A stretch of 32,000 nucleotides of DNA, from NCBI RefSeq assembly GCF_003574135.1, contig NZ_AP018341.1:1865740-1897739 (forward strand), written 5' to 3'. Position numbers and translations under genes: made by a program. This DNA comes from a cyanobacterium endosymbiont of Rhopalodia gibberula (GTDB taxonomy: Bacteria; Cyanobacteriota; Cyanobacteriia; Cyanobacteriales; Microcystaceae). The notes beneath the pieces were generated by a model. It did no database searches. It had not been told where the DNA came from and saw nothing but the letters and a program-made list of their open reading frames with translations. Shown one piece after another: positions 31,876 through 32,000 of this stretch. Numbering within the stretch: position 1 is the stretch's first letter; the number at the start of each line of letters is the position of its first letter.

Positions 31876-31913
31876 AATTATATAAGTAGCCAGCATAACG
31901 TTCCTTCTACCAA

Positions 31914-31936
31914 AGCTATCCCCGTCAGGGATAGCT
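31914..31936. other. Perfect 9 bp hairpin
   Basis: AGCTATCCC-CGTCA-GGGATAGCT. No immediate T-tract. Confidence 0.55.
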
Positions 31937-32000
31937 ATATCGATTAATTTATTTAGCTTTTTTTCACAAAAATAAATGATAAACTATTGATAGCATTTGC

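Noticed and set aside
1-32000. CRISPR arrays, tRNA/rRNA genes, tmRNA, RNase P RNA, intact transposases
   Set aside because: Looked for regularly spaced repeats, tRNA T-arm patterns, rnpB/ssrA conserved cores and transposase motifs. None was convincing by eye. Infernal/tRNAscan-SE would be decisive.

Overview
A 32 kb cyanobacterial chromosomal window with very low coding density. The 23 CDSs I accept cover about 52% of the window. Long AT-rich tracts (about 2.1-4.5 kb, 5.1-7.6 kb, 8.5-11.6 kb) have almost no ORFs and contain recognisable gene relics. Supported genes: DUF3285-like protein, ybeY, dgkA-type kinase, trpG/pabA, a conserved membrane protein, a CmpR/NdhR-like LysR regulator, a DUF790/Bax1-like nuclease, three tandem DsrE-family proteins, a DUF2079 membrane protein, a PmbA/TldE-like protein, a DrrAB-like ABC exporter pair, pgl, an HpsJ-like protein, a DUF502 protein, nusB, a DUF1816 protein, rlmB, a DHH phosphoesterase and gntK. 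The clearest non-obvious result is a gamma-tocopherol/MPBQ-type methyltransferase pseudogene on the minus strand (about 10.54-11.35 kb), full of in-frame CAA->TAA and TGG->TAG/TGA type stops. Other points of interest are an anonymous coding relic at about 6.78-7.22 kb, a second at 24.6-24.93 kb, a possible structured leader RNA upstream of the ABC ATPase, and the retained triple-DsrE cluster. The overall pattern suggests a reductively evolving Crocosphaera/Cyanothece-type endosymbiont such as a diatom spheroid body, but that identity is inference. I found no CRISPR array, no intact mobile element, no rRNA or tRNA, and no convincing new defence-like system.
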